Shown piece by piece: positions 38,894-46,899 of a stretch of 47,078 nt of DNA. Positions within the stretch are counted from its first letter, which is position 1; each line of letters opens with the position of its first letter. The DNA is from Clostridia bacterium (GTDB lineage Bacteria; Bacillota; Clostridia; Oscillospirales; CAG-272). The DNA lies in contig JAFSUT010000107.1 of NCBI GenBank assembly GCA_017445085.1, forward strand, positions 1 through 47,078, in the 5' to 3' direction. The notes under the pieces are model-generated. The model was not told the DNA's origin and made no database searches. It saw only the letters and a program-made list of their open reading frames with translations. Made by a program: the position numbers and the translations under genes.

Positions 38894-39901
38894 CTAAGTG
38901 TCAAGTTGATAAAACAATTCATATCCGGCAAGCGTATCCATGCCGAAATATGCCAGGATCATATCGTAAGAAGTTTCTTTGATTTTTGCAAGCGTTTCTC
39001 TGCCGGCATAGCGCAGATCCACCATATCCACGTCAAAATCCCGGCAAAGATGCGGCACGAGCGCACAGCCGAAACTGTCGCAAAACATCAGCATCCGCCG
39101 TGCGTTGCCGTTTTCGATCCGCGTATATCCGCAAAGATAGCCGGGGAAAACGCCGTAAGCGTCGGCGTCACCTTTTTTGTCGAGATGATAGATTCGCTCG
39201 TCGCCGGCAAAGCGAAAGATCGCCAGCCGGTCGCCGCCGGGGAGAAGCATCTTGCGCGCCTCGCTCCCGACGAAATCGGCGTCCAGCACCTCGACGTGCG
39301 CATCACGCCTTGCGGTATAGCCGAGCGGCGCCTGCAACTGCCGGTACACCTCAAAGCTGCCAAGCGAGGTCAAATGATGGTCGCCGCGGTAGTAAACATA
39401 CTTGCCGCCGTCCGCCGCCGCACGCAAGATGGGACGCACGTCGACAAGCCCGACGCCGCCGCCTTTTGCCGCCGCCCAAAGCGACGGGCGCGCACAGGTG
39501 AAAAAGCGCGGCAGGTTTTTCGTTTGCACTTCGGCTTTGTTCGGCACGAGCACAGTTTGCAGCGGTATGCCGCGCTGTGCCGCATACGCCGACAGAAAAC
39601 CGAGATTGTTTGACAGCGTCCCTACGTCGGTCTGCGGGATAGAAAACAAATAGCCGTCCTTACCGCAGATCGCACCGCCAAACTCGTTTTGCGAGAGAAA
39701 GAGCGCCTTATCGCGCGAAAGCGTGAGCAGGGCGCGGCGCCCGGGCAAACGGTCAAAAAGAAAATCGTCGATCGCCGCATACGAAAACGCCGTATACGGT
39801 CGGTTTTCGTCGGCAAGCAGCGCGGGGGTCGGGCAAATGAAAATAAAGGCGACCGTCACGGCGCACAAAAGCAGGGTGAGGCAAAGCAATCTTTTTTCCA
39901 T
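38894..39901 (-). CDS. DHHW family protein (partner of the MBOAT acyltransferase)
   Basis: N-terminal signal anchor, YYRGDHHLTSLG (DHHW-type motif, here DHHL) and GAGGTGAG RBS. It starts 9 nt after the MBOAT gene. Confidence 0.7.
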   Translation of the reverse strand: MEKRLLCLTLLLCAVTVAFIFICPTPALLADENRPYTAFSYAAIDDFLFDRLPGRRALLTLSRDKALFLSQNEFGGAICGKDGYLFSIPQTDVGTLSNNLGFLSAYAAQRGIPLQTVLVPNKAEVQTKNLPRFFTCARPSLWAAAKGGGVGLVDVRPILRAAADGGKYVYYRGDHHLTSLGSFEVYRQLQAPLGYTARRDAHVEVLDADFVGSEARKMLLPGGDRLAIFRFAGDERIYHLDKKGDADAYGVFPGYLCGYTRIENGNARRMLMFCDSFGCALVPHLCRDFDVDMVDLRYAGRETLAKIKETSYDMILAYFGMDTLAGYELFYQLDT

Positions 39902-39909
39902 TTCTCACC

Positions 39910-41175
39910 TCAAAATGCGGCGTAGAGGAAAGGTTTGTGCCCGCCCGCCAAAAGATCGCAAAGCCCCACGCAAAACAAGCAGACCGCCACGCCGTAACGC
40001 ACAAGCAGCGGCGTTTTCCAAAGGCGCACGGTAAGTTCTGAAAGTCCCCCGCGGCTGATGAAAAACGAAAGCAGAAATAGCGGCAAAAGGCGAAAAAAAT
40101 GATACAGATCGCTTGGCAAAAACAGGGGGCGCGCACCGAGACAAAAGAGATACGAGAAAAAAGAAGCGGCGGACTGCGGCGTTGGACACAGAAAAAAGAC
40201 AAAGCCGAGCCAAACGCAAAGCAGAGTGCCGACGTTGCCGATCCCGCGACCGCCAAAGACAAGTTTTTCGGCGGCGGAGAGCAGAAAGAACCACGCGCCC
40301 CATAAAAGATAGCAAACAGACGTCCCGTGCCAAAGCGACGAGCAGAGCCAGACCGCAAACAGAGAAAGCAGCGTCCTTGTCCGCCCGCATCGACTGCCGC
40401 CGAGCGGCAGATAAACGTAGGTATAGAGGAGTTTCCCAAAACTTATGTGCCAGCGGCGAAAAAAATCGCTGACCGAACGCGCCGCATACGGATGATCAAA
40501 GTTTTGCGGCAGGTTGATCCCAAACATCTCGGCAAGTCCGCGCGCCATATCGGTGTACCCGGAAAAATCAAAGTAAAGTCCGAGGCAAAAGGCGCTGAGC
40601 GTTGTCCACGCGCCGAGCGCGCTTGCGGGCGGCGACGTGCGTGCGACCGCCGCGTACAAAACGTCGGCAAAGGCACATTTTTTGAAAAAACCGACGGCAT
40701 ACAGCACAAGCCCGTCAAACCGGCGGCGGGTGTCGCACGCCGGAGAAAACGAAAAGGCGGGGAGAAGTGCGACCGGTCCCATCCAAAGCGAGGGAAATGC
40801 CATAAGATAGATCGCGCCGTCTGTCGGGGACAGCCGTTTTCTCTCCCCGTAAAACGCATACGCCGCGGCACGCAAAAACAAAAAGGACAGTCCGCCGCAG
40901 GAAAACGAACACAAGCGGCACATGACCAGCGCACAAAACGCAGGCAACACCGCAAGATAACGCGTGTGCGAGAGCGCCAGCGTGAGCGCCGTGACAAGGA
41001 GCAGGATCAGTGCGGACGCGCCGCCGAACGCCAAAAACGAAAACAAAACGCTTACAAAGAGAAAAGCCGCGGCGCGGCGGCGCACGGGTACCGCCGTATA
41101 CAAAAGCGCCGCAAAAGGCAAAAACAGGAGAAAGAATGACGGAGAGACGAGTGTCACGACGATCCTCACTTTCAT
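39910..41175 (-). CDS. MBOAT family O-acyltransferase (AlgI/DltB-like)
   Basis: Polytopic membrane protein with FFRRWHISFGKLLYTYVYLPLGG and SSLWHG (conserved MBOAT His). Confidence 0.8.
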   Translation of the reverse strand: MKVRIVVTLVSPSFFLLFLPFAALLYTAVPVRRRAAAFLFVSVLFSFLAFGGASALILLLVTALTLALSHTRYLAVLPAFCALVMCRLCSFSCGGLSFLFLRAAAYAFYGERKRLSPTDGAIYLMAFPSLWMGPVALLPAFSFSPACDTRRRFDGLVLYAVGFFKKCAFADVLYAAVARTSPPASALGAWTTLSAFCLGLYFDFSGYTDMARGLAEMFGINLPQNFDHPYAARSVSDFFRRWHISFGKLLYTYVYLPLGGSRCGRTRTLLSLFAVWLCSSLWHGTSVCYLLWGAWFFLLSAAEKLVFGGRGIGNVGTLLCVWLGFVFFLCPTPQSAASFFSYLFCLGARPLFLPSDLYHFFRLLPLFLLSFFISRGGLSELTVRLWKTPLLVRYGVAVCLFCVGLCDLLAGGHKPFLYAAF

Positions 41176-41260
41176 GTCAACTTTATCCTATTTATATTCA
41201 ATATTATAACCGAATAGCCCCGAAAAAGGAAGTGTTTTTTTGCTTTTTTCGTCCGACGGC

Positions 41261-41289
41261 TTGAAAAAAAACAAAAAAGCGTGTATACT
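41261..41289 (+). promoter_or_regulatory. sigma-A promoter of the 81-aa gene
   Basis: TTGAAA (41261..41266), 17 nt, TATACT (41284..41289). Confidence 0.55.
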
Positions 41290-41333
41290 GTATTTGAGAT
41301 CCAAATAAAACGAAATGCAAAGGAGAAGTCGCG

Positions 41334-41579
41334 ATGAAAATGAACATAGATAAAATCATAACGGCGCTTGCGAAAAAGATCGGCAACATCCGCCCCACCC
41401 TTGACCGCCGCTACAACTTCACCTTGACGCTGAAACGCAAAAAGCGCGACGCCGCGCCCCTCCTTCGCGCCAATTTCAGCGGCGAAGTCCCGAAAGAATG
41501 GATCGCAGTCCTTGCCCTCATCGGACTTTTGACGCTGACCGCCTCTATCGTTAAACTCATCCGTCTCTTCCATAGATAA
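41334..41579 (+). CDS. hypothetical 81-aa basic protein with C-terminal TM segment
   Basis: AAGGAG RBS with its own promoter and terminator. C-terminal WIAVLALIGLLTLTASIV. Confidence 0.5.
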   Translation: MKMNIDKIITALAKKIGNIRPTLDRRYNFTLTLKRKKRDAAPLLRANFSGEVPKEWIAVLALIGLLTLTASIVKLIRLFHR

Positions 41580-41612
41580 CAAAAAGCACCGAACATCGGT
41601 GCTTTTCGATTT
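41580..41612. terminator. bidirectional terminator between convergent genes
   Basis: A 7-bp stem (AGCACCG at 41585..41591 with CGGTGCT at 41597..41603) is flanked by AAAAA on the left and TTTCGATTT on the right. Confidence 0.7.
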
Positions 41613-41629
41613 GTAGGATTTGCCTCGTA

Positions 41630-42151
41630 TTATTCGGCAGCCGTTTCTTCGGCAGGTGCGGTTTCTGCAGCCGCCGTTTCGGCAGGTGCGGGCGTACCCG
41701 AGGTGACCGTTGCGGTCTGCGTTGCCGCGTCCCATTCCACCGTCATCCCAAACAGCTCGGAGATGGCGCGGACGGGCACAAGCGTGCGGTCGTTGTAAAT
41801 TTCTGGCGCAACGTCCATCTTGGTCTGCGTCGGAAGCCCGCCGCTGACATAATCGATCGTCGTTGCCGTCATCGAGCCGATGACCATCACCACGCTCTTT
41901 GTACCGAGCGTTGCAAGAATGGTACGCGTTTTGCCCTCCCAGCTCAGCGTAGCGCCGAGCGACTCAAGCACCGCGCGCAGCGGAAGCAGCATACGGTCAT
42001 GGACGATCCGCGGCGGAACGTCGCACACAAGGAGTTTGCCGTTGACCACCACCTGCGGTCCGGCAGGCGCGGCATCCTCTGCAAAGATCCCAAACGGGAG
42101 CGCCGTACAAAACATAAGCAAAGCGAGGAAAAACGCAAGATTTTTCATCAT
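41630..42151 (-). CDS. secreted copper-amine-oxidase N-terminal-like (stalk) domain protein
   Basis: Signal peptide MMKNLAFFLALLMFCTALPFGIFA. Two halves share LLPLRAVLESLGATLSWE and LVPVRAISELFGMTVEWD. Ala/Glu/Thr/Pro-rich tail; GGAGGA RBS. Confidence 0.7.
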   Translation of the reverse strand: MMKNLAFFLALLMFCTALPFGIFAEDAAPAGPQVVVNGKLLVCDVPPRIVHDRMLLPLRAVLESLGATLSWEGKTRTILATLGTKSVVMVIGSMTATTIDYVSGGLPTQTKMDVAPEIYNDRTLVPVRAISELFGMTVEWDAATQTATVTSGTPAPAETAAAETAPAEETAAE

Positions 42152-42238
42152 CTTGTCCTCCAAGCGCAATAGTTTCTGCCTACAGAATAGCACACCGCGC
42201 ACAAAATGTCAATTCTTTTCACCGCATTTGGCAAAAAG

Positions 42239-42267
42239 TTGACATTCGGGCAAGGGTGTGCTATGAT
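42239..42267 (+). promoter_or_regulatory. sigma-A promoter of the amidohydrolase gene
   Basis: TTGACA (42239..42244), 17 nt ending in TGc, TATGAT (42262..42267). Confidence 0.65.
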
Positions 42268-42299
42268 ATTAAAGCAAATTCCGTACAGAAAGAGTCAAT

Positions 42300-43106
42300 A
42301 TGAAAAACTATAAGATCATCGACGCGCATTGTCATATCTATCCGCAAAAAATCGCGCTGAAAGCGGTGCATGCCACCGACCTTTTTTATGAAATGCCGCA
42401 CGCCTCCCCCTACGACGGCACGACCGACACCCTGCTTGCCGTGCAGAAAGAAAGCGGGATCGCCCGTTTTATCGTCCAGTCGGTCGCAACGACCCCGCAT
42501 CAGGTACACAGCATCAACACCTTTGTCGCCGCCGAAGTTGCCGCACACCCCGACACCTTTACGGGGCTCGGCACCCTGCATCCCGACAGCGAACATATCG
42601 AAGAGGACGTGGAAGAGATCATCTCCCTCGGTCTGCACGGGGTAAAACTCCATCCCGATATCCAAAAATTTGCCGTGGATGACAAAAAATGTCTGCCGAT
42701 CTACGAGTGCTGCCGCGGACGACTGCCGATTTTGATGCACACCGGCGACAAGCGATACGACTTTTCCAACCCGAACCGCCTTTTGCGCGTTCTGCACGCC
42801 TTTCCGGATCTCACGATCGTCGGCGCGCACCTCGGCGGCTGGTCGATTTGGGAAGAAGCCTCCATGACGCTGACCGATATTGACAATCTCTACGTGGACA
42901 CCTCGTCCACCATCGGATTCATCGGCTTTGAAAAGGCGCGCGAGTGCATCCGCCGCTTTCCACCCGAAAAACTGCTGTTTGGCACCGACTACCCCATGTG
43001 GCGCCCGCAGGATGAAGTGACGGCGCTCCTTGACATGGACTTTACCGACGACGAATACGAAAAAATCTTCCATGCGAATGCAGAAAAGGTGTTTAGCATT
43101 CGTTAA
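42300..43106 (+). CDS. amidohydrolase-2/TIM-barrel metal-dependent hydrolase family protein
   Basis: N-terminal IIDAHCHIYPQ (HxH metal motif), with later ILMHTG, GAHLGG and FGTDYP. Confidence 0.7.
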   Translation: MKNYKIIDAHCHIYPQKIALKAVHATDLFYEMPHASPYDGTTDTLLAVQKESGIARFIVQSVATTPHQVHSINTFVAAEVAAHPDTFTGLGTLHPDSEHIEEDVEEIISLGLHGVKLHPDIQKFAVDDKKCLPIYECCRGRLPILMHTGDKRYDFSNPNRLLRVLHAFPDLTIVGAHLGGWSIWEEASMTLTDIDNLYVDTSSTIGFIGFEKARECIRRFPPEKLLFGTDYPMWRPQDEVTALLDMDFTDDEYEKIFHANAEKVFSIR

Positions 43107-43111
43107 TCCAT

Positions 43112-43150
43112 CAAAAAAGGCGGCTTACTTTGCCGCCTTTTTATATTTTT
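43112..43150. terminator. bidirectional terminator closing both the amidohydrolase gene and the rSAM operon
   Basis: An 8-bp stem (AAGGCGGC at 43117..43124 with GCCGCCTT at 43132..43139) is flanked by A6 and T-rich runs. The 3' arm overlaps the last codons of the rSAM gene. Confidence 0.75.
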
Positions 43151-44483
43151 CGTAGGCTTTCAGCATCTGCCGTTCGATCCGGTTTTGCCTTAAAAACTTA
43201 TCCGCTTTTCCGCAAACCAACGGCTCGTCCGGACAGAGTTTGAGGCGATTACAGATCGGATAAAACGAACAGCCGCCGCACATTTCCGGCGTCTTTCCGG
43301 ACGCCGCAAATTCCAAAAACTGCGCGCGGTCGGTAATCCCGTTTTCCACATCGCCGATAAAATGATCCTCCGAATAGTGCTCGCATTTCCCGAGTTTGCC
43401 ATTTGGCAGGATAATCACCGCGTGCGGCGAATCCGCCATACATTTGGTAATCTTGTGCGCATCTTCGAGCATGTGAACGCCGAGCAGACGGTTCGCTTGC
43501 AATTTTTCCTCGAGCGCCGTCATATTTTTCGCCTGCAAAAGCTGTGCGTCATCATCGCCGGTGAATTTTTTGCGATCGGTATCAAAAAGCAGGTGCGTAT
43601 AGATGAAAAAACCTTTTTTGCCGCCGAAGCGCGCAACGAGTTCGTCAATGAGGAGCGAAAGATTTTGAAGATTCTGCGCGCTGACATTGAGGCGGATGGA
43701 AACCGAAATCCCCGCATCCAAAAGCCCGTCGATGTTCTCCATCACAATCCGATACGGGTTGCCTTCTTTATAAATATAGGCCTTGGAACGGTTATAAACT
43801 TCCTCGGTACCGTCCAGCGAAATCTGTACGCGGCGCAAATGCCAGCGTTCTTTGGCGTTGATCAAATTTTCGCCGCGCATCAGATAACCGTTTGTGACCA
43901 TGGTAGAGGCAAAGGTCACCCGCTCTTCGGACAGCCGGCGGGTAATATAATTTATGACCTCGGCATTGTAGAGCGGCTCGCCGCCGAACCATGCGAGAGA
44001 AATGCCGTTTTTCTTCTCTTTTTTGGTGCGCAAAATAAAGCGCACGACTTTTTCCGCGGTTTCCTGCGTCATCGATATGCGCGGGCGCCCCATCTCATAG
44101 CAATAATAGCAGCGTGCGTTGCAATCCATGGTGGTAAATATCCGATAGGCGGAAAAATATTCATCTCTGTTGACAAACAGACGCAAAAAGGCATAAAACT
44201 CATCCGCCAGCTTTGTCTCATCCTGCGCCTGTTCCACAAAATAATGCTTTTCTGCAAAGGGGCGGATCGCCGCATCGCCCGCGGCATGGGTTTCGGTCAG
44301 CAATGCCGCTTCTGCGGGAGAGAGCAACAAGAGTTCCTTTGTCAGCGCATGAAAACAAAGCACCCCGTCCGCGCACTTTGCAAAATGCAAAAAGGAACTC
44401 GGGCGAAGCAGCGTATCATCGGCAAAGGTCGGAGCGCCGATAAACTGCTTTGCGTTTTTTTCCATCGGTTGAATGATGACCAT
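43125..44483 (-). CDS. radical SAM/SPASM peptide maturase paralogue 2 (452 aa)
   Basis: CNARCYYC (C121/C125/C128, 44100..44123). SPASM pattern C-x13-G-x4-C (CMADSPHAVIILPNGKLGKC) plus CGGCSFYPICNRLKLC. A 120-aa N-terminal domain is present. ATG overlaps the upstream stop as TAATG. Confidence 0.85.
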   Translation of the reverse strand: MVIIQPMEKNAKQFIGAPTFADDTLLRPSSFLHFAKCADGVLCFHALTKELLLLSPAEAALLTETHAAGDAAIRPFAEKHYFVEQAQDETKLADEFYAFLRLFVNRDEYFSAYRIFTTMDCNARCYYCYEMGRPRISMTQETAEKVVRFILRTKKEKKNGISLAWFGGEPLYNAEVINYITRRLSEERVTFASTMVTNGYLMRGENLINAKERWHLRRVQISLDGTEEVYNRSKAYIYKEGNPYRIVMENIDGLLDAGISVSIRLNVSAQNLQNLSLLIDELVARFGGKKGFFIYTHLLFDTDRKKFTGDDDAQLLQAKNMTALEEKLQANRLLGVHMLEDAHKITKCMADSPHAVIILPNGKLGKCEHYSEDHFIGDVENGITDRAQFLEFAASGKTPEMCGGCSFYPICNRLKLCPDEPLVCGKADKFLRQNRIERQMLKAYEKYKKAAK

Positions 44484-45871
44484 TATTTTTCTTCCCCGTT
44501 TTCGCTTTGGGCCGCGCGCAGATAGCGCCGATAGACAAATCGGACAGCGTTTTCCAATTTGTGCAATCTTTCCGCTTTGTAAGATGCGTCGCATTCTGCC
44601 GGACCGTCGTCACGGCAATTTTTCAGCCGGATACAATCGGTGTAGATCGCACAGCCGCGGCAGTTCGCCGGTGAATTTGCGCGTTCCCGCCACATCGTTA
44701 CCGCCTCTTGCGAAAGGACGCCGTGTACCACATCCCCGCAAAGGCACCCTTCAGCGGCATGGTCGCACTTGGAAAGCTGCCCTTCCGGAAAAATCTGTAT
44801 CGCCGACGGATTGTCGGCAAGGCAGCGGCGCAGTTTGATATTGTTGCCGAGCGGATTTTCCCGTGCTATACCGAGTCGGCGGCAGTAGTTGTCAAACTCT
44901 ATAATGGCGTTGACAATCTCCGTGCGTCCATCCGCCGTGCGCACCGTGTTGATATTTTCACGATCCTCGTAGAGTCCCACGGCGTAAACGCCCAGATTTT
45001 CCGGCGAGCCGAAGCGTGCATAGAGTTCATCCGCCAGCGATTTTAACATGTCCATATTATGGCGGTCGATATTGACGCGCAGATACAAAGTGACGCCGGT
45101 CTCCAAAAGCAGACCGATATTCCGCATCACACGTTGATACGGGCTCGGATCATCCTTATATATATACGCTTTGCAGGTATTATAAATCTCTTCCGTACCG
45201 TCGAGAGAGATTTGTACGCGCATAAGATGCCACGCCTCCATCCCCTCCCGCACAATATCAGCGTCGAAAAGATAGCCGTTGGTATAAATTTCCGAAATAA
45301 AGTCCTGCCCCGCCGCCGTAAGGCGCCTGACAATCGTGCGGATTGCCTCGATATTGTAAAGCGGTTCGCCGCCGTGCCAGCGCAGCATAACGCGCTTGCC
45401 GTGTGCGTGTGCAAGAATATAATCGGCAACGGCATTTGCCGTTTTTTCGCTCATCGGCACGTGCCGCGCGATTCTGTCCGTTTCGTAGCAATAAAAGCAG
45501 CGCGCGTTGCAGTCATGCGTCACAAGAATCTGATAATCCAAAATCACGTCCGGCGTAGATTTTGCCGCCGCGACCAAAGCGCGCACGCGCTCTACCGTTT
45601 CATAAGCGTCAAACTCCGGCGCGACCAAATACCATTTCTCCGCAAACGTCCGCGCGAGCGCACCGCAAAAGCGGTTTCCCTGAAGAAAAGCCAATTCCTC
45701 CACGCTCAGGAGCAAAATCTCGCGCGTTAAAAGATTGGCGGCAAGGACATTTCCGTCCTCCGCCGTCACAAAAATGCAAAACGGACTCACGCGGTATTCC
45801 TTTTCCGCATCATATATCTGCACACCGAGCAACCGCGCCGCATAACCGGAAGCGCCTTTAATGATTTGCAT
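44483..45871 (-). CDS. radical SAM/SPASM peptide maturase paralogue 1 (462 aa)
   Basis: CNARCFYC (C121/C125/C128, 45488..45511). SPASM pattern CLADNPSAIQIFPEGQLSKC plus CRGCAIYTDCIRLKNC. GGAGGAG RBS. The start overlaps the upstream gene by 14 nt. Confidence 0.85.
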   Translation of the reverse strand: MQIIKGASGYAARLLGVQIYDAEKEYRVSPFCIFVTAEDGNVLAANLLTREILLLSVEELAFLQGNRFCGALARTFAEKWYLVAPEFDAYETVERVRALVAAAKSTPDVILDYQILVTHDCNARCFYCYETDRIARHVPMSEKTANAVADYILAHAHGKRVMLRWHGGEPLYNIEAIRTIVRRLTAAGQDFISEIYTNGYLFDADIVREGMEAWHLMRVQISLDGTEEIYNTCKAYIYKDDPSPYQRVMRNIGLLLETGVTLYLRVNIDRHNMDMLKSLADELYARFGSPENLGVYAVGLYEDRENINTVRTADGRTEIVNAIIEFDNYCRRLGIARENPLGNNIKLRRCLADNPSAIQIFPEGQLSKCDHAAEGCLCGDVVHGVLSQEAVTMWRERANSPANCRGCAIYTDCIRLKNCRDDGPAECDASYKAERLHKLENAVRFVYRRYLRAAQSENGEEK

Positions 45872-46610
45872 TTTTCTCCTCCGCTTTGATGCCCGCATAC
45901 GCTGTTTCTGCGGCGGACACATCCATATTGCACTGCATACAATAGACCGGAACGGCCGCAAGCATACGATCCAGATATTCGAGCTGCTTTTGCAGGTCAG
46001 CCGAATTTTCCACTTCGATCTGCCCAAGCAAAAACGGAACGGCCTCCTCCACGGGAATCTTTTTGAAATGATTTTCCGCGCCGCGCCGGAGCAGTAAAAT
46101 ACCGGCGAGCTTTACGCTTGACGCCGTATGATAGTGTTCTTTGCCGCACCAAGGCGTGCCGTAACCGTAAATACCGTCCTCCGTGAGGCGAAAAATCGGC
46201 TTGTCGCCGTTGATGACGTGCACATTCTCTTTGCCGAACGCTTTTTGCCAAAGCAGCATATGCGTCGTTTTCCCGGTGCCGCTTTTGGCGGTAAACAAAT
46301 ATCCTTTGCCCTCATATTCAATCAAAACGCCGTGCATCACAAAAGCGCCGTATTGCAAAATCATATTGTTGATTTTGCGATGCAGAGCGTTGAGCTCGAC
46401 CAAGGCTATGTTTTTGTGCGCCGTGCGATCGCGCGTGTGGTCGGGATCAAAAAACTCAAATTCCCTGTCGATATCCCCTTGCGTGACCGTGATCGTAAAA
46501 TCCGCCCGCTCCGCCGTGCTTTTGAAGGCCTTGAAATCAGACAGATGGTTAAGAAGGAACGGATGCACAAGTTGAATATCTATATGAAAACCGCCGATAG
46601 AATAAAGCAT
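45858..46610 (-). CDS. HPr-kinase/phosphorylase-C-terminal-like P-loop protein (250 aa)
   Basis: HGVLIEYEGKGYLFTAKSGTGKTTHMLLW parallels the HprK/P core (HGVLv..G.GvLitG.SG.GKSE.AL). Walker A lies at 46266..46289. GGAG RBS. Confidence 0.6.
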   Translation of the reverse strand: MLYSIGGFHIDIQLVHPFLLNHLSDFKAFKSTAERADFTITVTQGDIDREFEFFDPDHTRDRTAHKNIALVELNALHRKINNMILQYGAFVMHGVLIEYEGKGYLFTAKSGTGKTTHMLLWQKAFGKENVHVINGDKPIFRLTEDGIYGYGTPWCGKEHYHTASSVKLAGILLLRRGAENHFKKIPVEEAVPFLLGQIEVENSADLQKQLEYLDRMLAAVPVYCMQCNMDVSAAETAYAGIKAEEKNANH

Positions 46611-46686
46611 ATGTACTCCGTGAAAATAAAAATGATTCGTACTTATCTATAGTTTCTCACCGTTTCCGTGAGAGATTTTACTTGTT

Positions 46687-46713
46687 GAAAAAGGCGGGAT
46701 AAACCCGCCTTTC
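46687..46713 (-). terminator. intrinsic terminator/attenuator between the precursor peptide gene and the maturase genes
   Basis: The minus strand reads AGGCGGG-TTTAT-CCCGCCT followed by TTTTC, starting 17 nt after the peptide stop codon. Confidence 0.7.
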
Positions 46714-46729
46714 TCTGTTTTCAGCCAAC

Positions 46730-46855
46730 TTAGATCATGTACTCGCAGCCTGCGAACGGATCGTCGTCACCGCAATCTTCCTCACAGCTACTGGTCATGA
46801 TGAGAGCCGTCATCTCAAGGGATACGAGCTCAGCTTCAGGTGCTACATATTTCAT
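46730..46855 (-). CDS. 41-aa candidate RiPP precursor peptide MKYVAPEAELVSLEMTALIMTSSCEEDCGDDDPFAGCEYMI
   Basis: Hand-translated and absent from the ORF track because it is shorter than 60 aa. ATG 46855 lies 8 nt after GGAGGA (46869..46864); TAA stop at 46732..46730. It has its own consensus promoter and sits directly upstream of the rSAM/SPASM genes. Confidence 0.75.
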   Translation of the reverse strand: MKYVAPEAELVSLEMTALIMTSSCEEDCGDDDPFAGCEYMI

Positions 46856-46899
46856 GTGAATAATCCTCCGAAATTCAATATCCCATATTACGTGTCTAT

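Noticed and set aside
42300-43106. Amidohydrolase as a fifth member of the peptide operon (for example a leader peptidase)
   Set aside because: It is on the opposite strand, convergent, has its own TTGACA-17-TATGAT promoter, and is separated by a bidirectional terminator. Adjacency alone is not evidence.
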